Below are positions 60,939 through 64,000 of a stretch of 64,000 nt of DNA, piece by piece. Within the stretch, counting starts at the first letter, position 1. Every line of letters begins with the position of its first letter. This DNA is from a bacterium (GTDB lineage: Bacteria > Zhuqueibacterota > QNDG01 > JAFGCO01): assembly GCA_016930535.1 (NCBI GenBank), contig JAFGGN010000062.1, forward strand, positions 207-64,206, in the 5' to 3' direction. A model generated the notes under the pieces. It saw nothing but the letters and a program-made list of their open reading frames with translations, was not told where the DNA came from and searched no databases. Made by a program: the position numbers and the translations under genes.

Positions 60939-63147
60939 GATCCGCCTTTCCTGCCGGGTCCTGTTTTTTATGAATCCCGTGCGAAAAATGAGGACCGGGT
61001 GAAAAAAGCAGATCCGGAGGCACGGTACGGACGATTTTTCCGCGGTCCAGCACATGCACCTGGTCCGTGTAAAACAGGGACTGCATGTCGTGCGTGATCA
61101 GGAGCACGGCGTGATCCGCTGCATAGTCCCTCAGTCCTTTCAGAATACGCAGCCTGATTTCCATATCGGTCATGAGAATGCCTTCGTCCACGATCAGCAC
61201 ATCCGGACAGGACAGAAGCGCCCGTACCAGGCCGACGACCTGCCGTTCACCTCCGGACAGTTTCCTTCCGTCTTCTCCGAGAATCGCCGTCATTCCGGAA
61301 TCGAAACGGTCGAAAACGGGACCCGCGCCGAATGCATGAATTCTGGCACGTATATCCGGGAGGCCGTATTCCATCCGGCCCATGCGGATGTTTTCAAAAA
61401 GGGATCCGTTGAAAATATGCACCTCCTGATGAATTGCGGCTACGCGCTGCCGGTAATCCGTCAGATTCAGGCGGCCGGCCGGAAGACCGTTGACGGACAG
61501 GATGCCGGCCGACAGGGCATATTTTCTCTGGAGCAGGCTGGCGATCGTACTTTTACCCGTCCCGCTTTTTCCCCACAGCGCGGAAATGGTGCCGCACCGG
61601 ATATGCAGATTCAGGCCGTCCAGCAGGCGTGAGCAGCGTGGGTAGGCAAACCGGCCGTTCTCGATGATGAGTTCGCGGATTTTCCCCGGTTTTTCGGAGG
61701 CCTGGTGGTTTTCCCGTTCATAATCCAGAATGTCCCGCTGTCTTCTGATGGCCACGCGGGTCTGTTTCAGGGCAATGACGGTGTCCCCGAACTGATGCAC
61801 GGCAGGGACAATGGTCATCATCAGCGCCCAGGCGGCCATCATTTCTCCGATTCGCAGAGATCCGTGCAGCACCTGCGCGGCACCCGAAGCAAGGAAAATG
61901 ACCAGGAACAGGCCATGAAGATGCCCGGAGCAGAGCGAGATATGGTTCCTGGTGAAGCCGAGTTTTTCAAGATGTTTCTGAAACAGTGTAAATAAACGGC
62001 TGTTGATCATGATAAACGGTTCATGCGCATGAAATCCAATGATATCGTCGATGCCCTTCAGGCTGTTGAAGGCCGAGGATTCCACATCCGCAAAAGATTT
62101 CAGTGTCCATGTCTGTTCATCTTCGATATGCCGGGTCCTGGCCAGCAGTAAAACGGCGTACAGGATCAGGAACAAAATGAGGATGCCTGCAAGCGTTTTT
62201 GAGAACAGGATGAGCAGAACAAACGATGCGGCACACATGATACCGTCCACTACGGTCTGGTTCAGGAGCAGCATCAGTCCCTGCTGGATCTTCAGACTGT
62301 CATTCAGGCGTGCAATAATATCTCCGATTTTCCGGGAGTCGAAAAACATTCTGGGCAGCCTGAAAAGATGTTCCAGAAAATCCCGGTTGATATCCATGCT
62401 CATGGTTTTGTTCAGGGAGATAAAAAACCGCTGCCGGAAATAGGCAGCCCATGTCCGGCAGAGAATAAAACAGGCAAGCAGGATACAGGTCCAGACAATG
62501 TCGGACAGATCGCCCCGGGGAATCAGCACGTCGATCAGCTGATGGATGTAAAAGACCGGCAGCAATCCCAGAAGGCTTGCAAGCAGACCCAGAAATACGG
62601 ACTGGTAAAACAGGGGAAGAATGCGTCTGATGTAATGCATGAGCCATTCTGTCCAGGGCGGTTCTGTACGGCTGGTCAATGGCCTTTCCGGCTCGAGCAG
62701 GATGACGGCTCCGGATTGCCATATATCGAGAAAACGGGATTTGCTTATTTTCCTGAGGCCTTCGGCCGGATCTCCGGCAAGTACGTTTTTGTGCGTGACC
62801 CTGAAGAGCACCATGAAATGCTGAAGACCGGCTTCCGATACGACATGGGCGATACAGGGCATCCGCTCACGGCTCAGGTCCGAATAGGAACCGGCTGCGC
62901 CTCTGGCCCGGAATCCAAGAGATTGGGCGGCCCTGACCAGTTCCAGCATGCTTGTACCGATCCGGTCCGCATGGCACAGCTGCCGGACATGGGCCATTGG
63001 GGCATCTCCCCCGTAGAATCTCAGAACGCTCAGCAATGCGGCCGGTCCGCAATCACTGCTGTCCATCTGGCGGACGATTCCGGGTCTGTGTCTGAATCGC
63101 AACCTGAGGTATCTGTACAGCGCAGAAAAACCATATATCCGCATCAT
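60931..63147 (-). CDS. Peptidase C39-containing ABC transporter (PCAT)
   Basis: RQMDSSDCGPAAL (catalytic Cys), QHFMVL (His), GDPA; TM domain; GKSGTGKST, LSGGERQ, IVDEG, ITHD. Confidence 0.93.
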   Translation of the reverse strand: MMRIYGFSALYRYLRLRFRHRPGIVRQMDSSDCGPAALLSVLRFYGGDAPMAHVRQLCHADRIGTSMLELVRAAQSLGFRARGAAGSYSDLSRERMPCIAHVVSEAGLQHFMVLFRVTHKNVLAGDPAEGLRKISKSRFLDIWQSGAVILLEPERPLTSRTEPPWTEWLMHYIRRILPLFYQSVFLGLLASLLGLLPVFYIHQLIDVLIPRGDLSDIVWTCILLACFILCRTWAAYFRQRFFISLNKTMSMDINRDFLEHLFRLPRMFFDSRKIGDIIARLNDSLKIQQGLMLLLNQTVVDGIMCAASFVLLILFSKTLAGILILFLILYAVLLLARTRHIEDEQTWTLKSFADVESSAFNSLKGIDDIIGFHAHEPFIMINSRLFTLFQKHLEKLGFTRNHISLCSGHLHGLFLVIFLASGAAQVLHGSLRIGEMMAAWALMMTIVPAVHQFGDTVIALKQTRVAIRRQRDILDYERENHQASEKPGKIRELIIENGRFAYPRCSRLLDGLNLHIRCGTISALWGKSGTGKSTIASLLQRKYALSAGILSVNGLPAGRLNLTDYRQRVAAIHQEVHIFNGSLFENIRMGRMEYGLPDIRARIHAFGAGPVFDRFDSGMTAILGEDGRKLSGGERQVVGLVRALLSCPDVLIVDEGILMTDMEIRLRILKGLRDYAADHAVLLITHDMQSLFYTDQVHVLDRGKIVRTVPPDLLFSPGPHFSHGIHKKQDPAGKADHG

Positions 63148-63161
63148 TAGCAAGACCAATT

Positions 63162-63197
63162 AGTTAAAATTGACGAAAAACAGTTAAAATTAACGAA
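63162..63197. promoter_or_regulatory. Tandem 16-bp direct repeat upstream of the PCAT gene
   Basis: AGTTAAAATTGACGAA (63162) and AGTTAAAATTAACGAA (63182), 15/16 identical, 20-bp period. Confidence 0.55.
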
Positions 63198-63477
63198 CAG
63201 AATCAGTATAAAAAATAAAATCACATTTGTCAAGCAAAAAATGCAATAAATACGTAATTAAGCAAAATTACTCTTATAATGGAAGAAAATTCAGGTAATG
63301 ATGCACAATCGCGTGAAATTTTACGATTCATATTGAAAATATGGCATTTATTACCGTTTTTCTCCGTGAATCGCCGATCGGTTCCGCATATGCCGCCGGT
63401 TCGGTCCCGCATGTTTTCCATTGATTTTATAATTTGATATGCGTATACTCGTTTATCGATGATTCCCGGCTGATTTG

Positions 63478-64000
63478 ATGCAGAAAGGAAATCAATCCCA
63501 TTCATCGTCCCTTCATCTGGAAATCCGCAACCCGGTAATCCGCATGGAAAAATACTTCAACGAATACTGGAAAGATTTCGCCAACGCATTTATTCATCCG
63601 GTGACGTCCAACGGTCTGATCAGCAAGTTTGTCTCCAATCCCGCAGTCGCCGGTTTGTATATGGAGACCTGGATCCGTGATCTGCTGAAAACCATGATGC
63701 CACATTACAGGATATCGGCAGGTGCCATCATCCGTTCCTCGGACCGGATCTCGGAGGCGGGCAAGATTCCTGAATGCGCCCTCATTGTCTGGGATCCCAC
63801 CGAACTGCCCGCGATTTTTGAAAAGGAAGGATTTGCACTGGTGCCCAGTTTTTCCGTGCGCGCCCTCGTGGAAGTCAAGAAAAACAGTCAGCGGATACCG
63901 AAATTCAAGGATCATCTGGCGAAGCTGCAGGACTGCATGCTGGACGAATACAGAAACAATGTTCTGGGCATCGTGTTTTCGCATTCCGAACCCCTGTACA
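63478..64000 (+). CDS. DUF6602-like PD-(D/E)XK-fold protein, partial (start 63478 or 63544; runs off the window)
   Basis: Manual translation ..AGLYMETWIRDLLKTMMPHYRISAGAII..PECALIVWD..PAIF..LVPSFSVRALVEVK; not in the ORF track. Confidence 0.55.
   Translation, partial: MQKGNQSHSSSLHLEIRNPVIRMEKYFNEYWKDFANAFIHPVTSNGLISKFVSNPAVAGLYMETWIRDLLKTMMPHYRISAGAIIRSSDRISEAGKIPECALIVWDPTELPAIFEKEGFALVPSFSVRALVEVKKNSQRIPKFKDHLAKLQDCMLDEYRNNVLGIVFSHSEPLY

Noticed and set aside
63502-63984. 160-aa minus-strand ORF in the track
   Set aside because: Antisense to a plus-strand frame that has a recognisable domain pattern and is open to the window end

Overview
64-kb window from a moderately GC-rich diderm bacterium. 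Several features point to an FCB-group lineage outside Bacteroidia, such as KSB1 or relatives (inference): T9SS-type C-terminal sorting domains, the rplM-rpsI-rpsB-tsf-pyrH-frr gene order, SD-type RBSs and TTGACA-17-TATATT promoters. The first ~38 kb is mostly housekeeping: a PhoBR-like two-component system, a sugar kinase and deoC, an Mla-like ABC operon, a peptidase/transglutaminase operon, pyrRBC-pdaD-speB, the translation cluster, purF, and trpDCFBAEG preceded by an unannotated 4xTrp leader peptide. Nine intergenic regions there carry copies of a modular, palindromic repeat family. It is built from a GTGAAACGGAG/CTCCGTTTCAC core plus 7-mer (AAGAWYA), 8-mer (GACCCRAT) and AT-rich modules, and in several cases the repeat supplies the upstream gene's stop codon. 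The last ~25 kb is accessory/envelope: an NHL protein, a giant OM protein, a BamA-like protein, a BrnT-like TA pair, TPM proteins, a GH29 fucosidase, a T9SS-type arylsulfotransferase and a YD-like repeat protein. It ends with a complete minus-strand double-glycine peptide (class II bacteriocin-like) cluster: C39-peptidase ABC exporter, membrane protein, CPYC thioredoxin-fold protein, two GG-leader precursors each with exactly two core Cys (one missing from the ORF track), and an ABC-2 transporter. That cluster and the repeat family are the strongest candidates for undescribed biology. All calls come from reading motifs by eye; no database searches were run.
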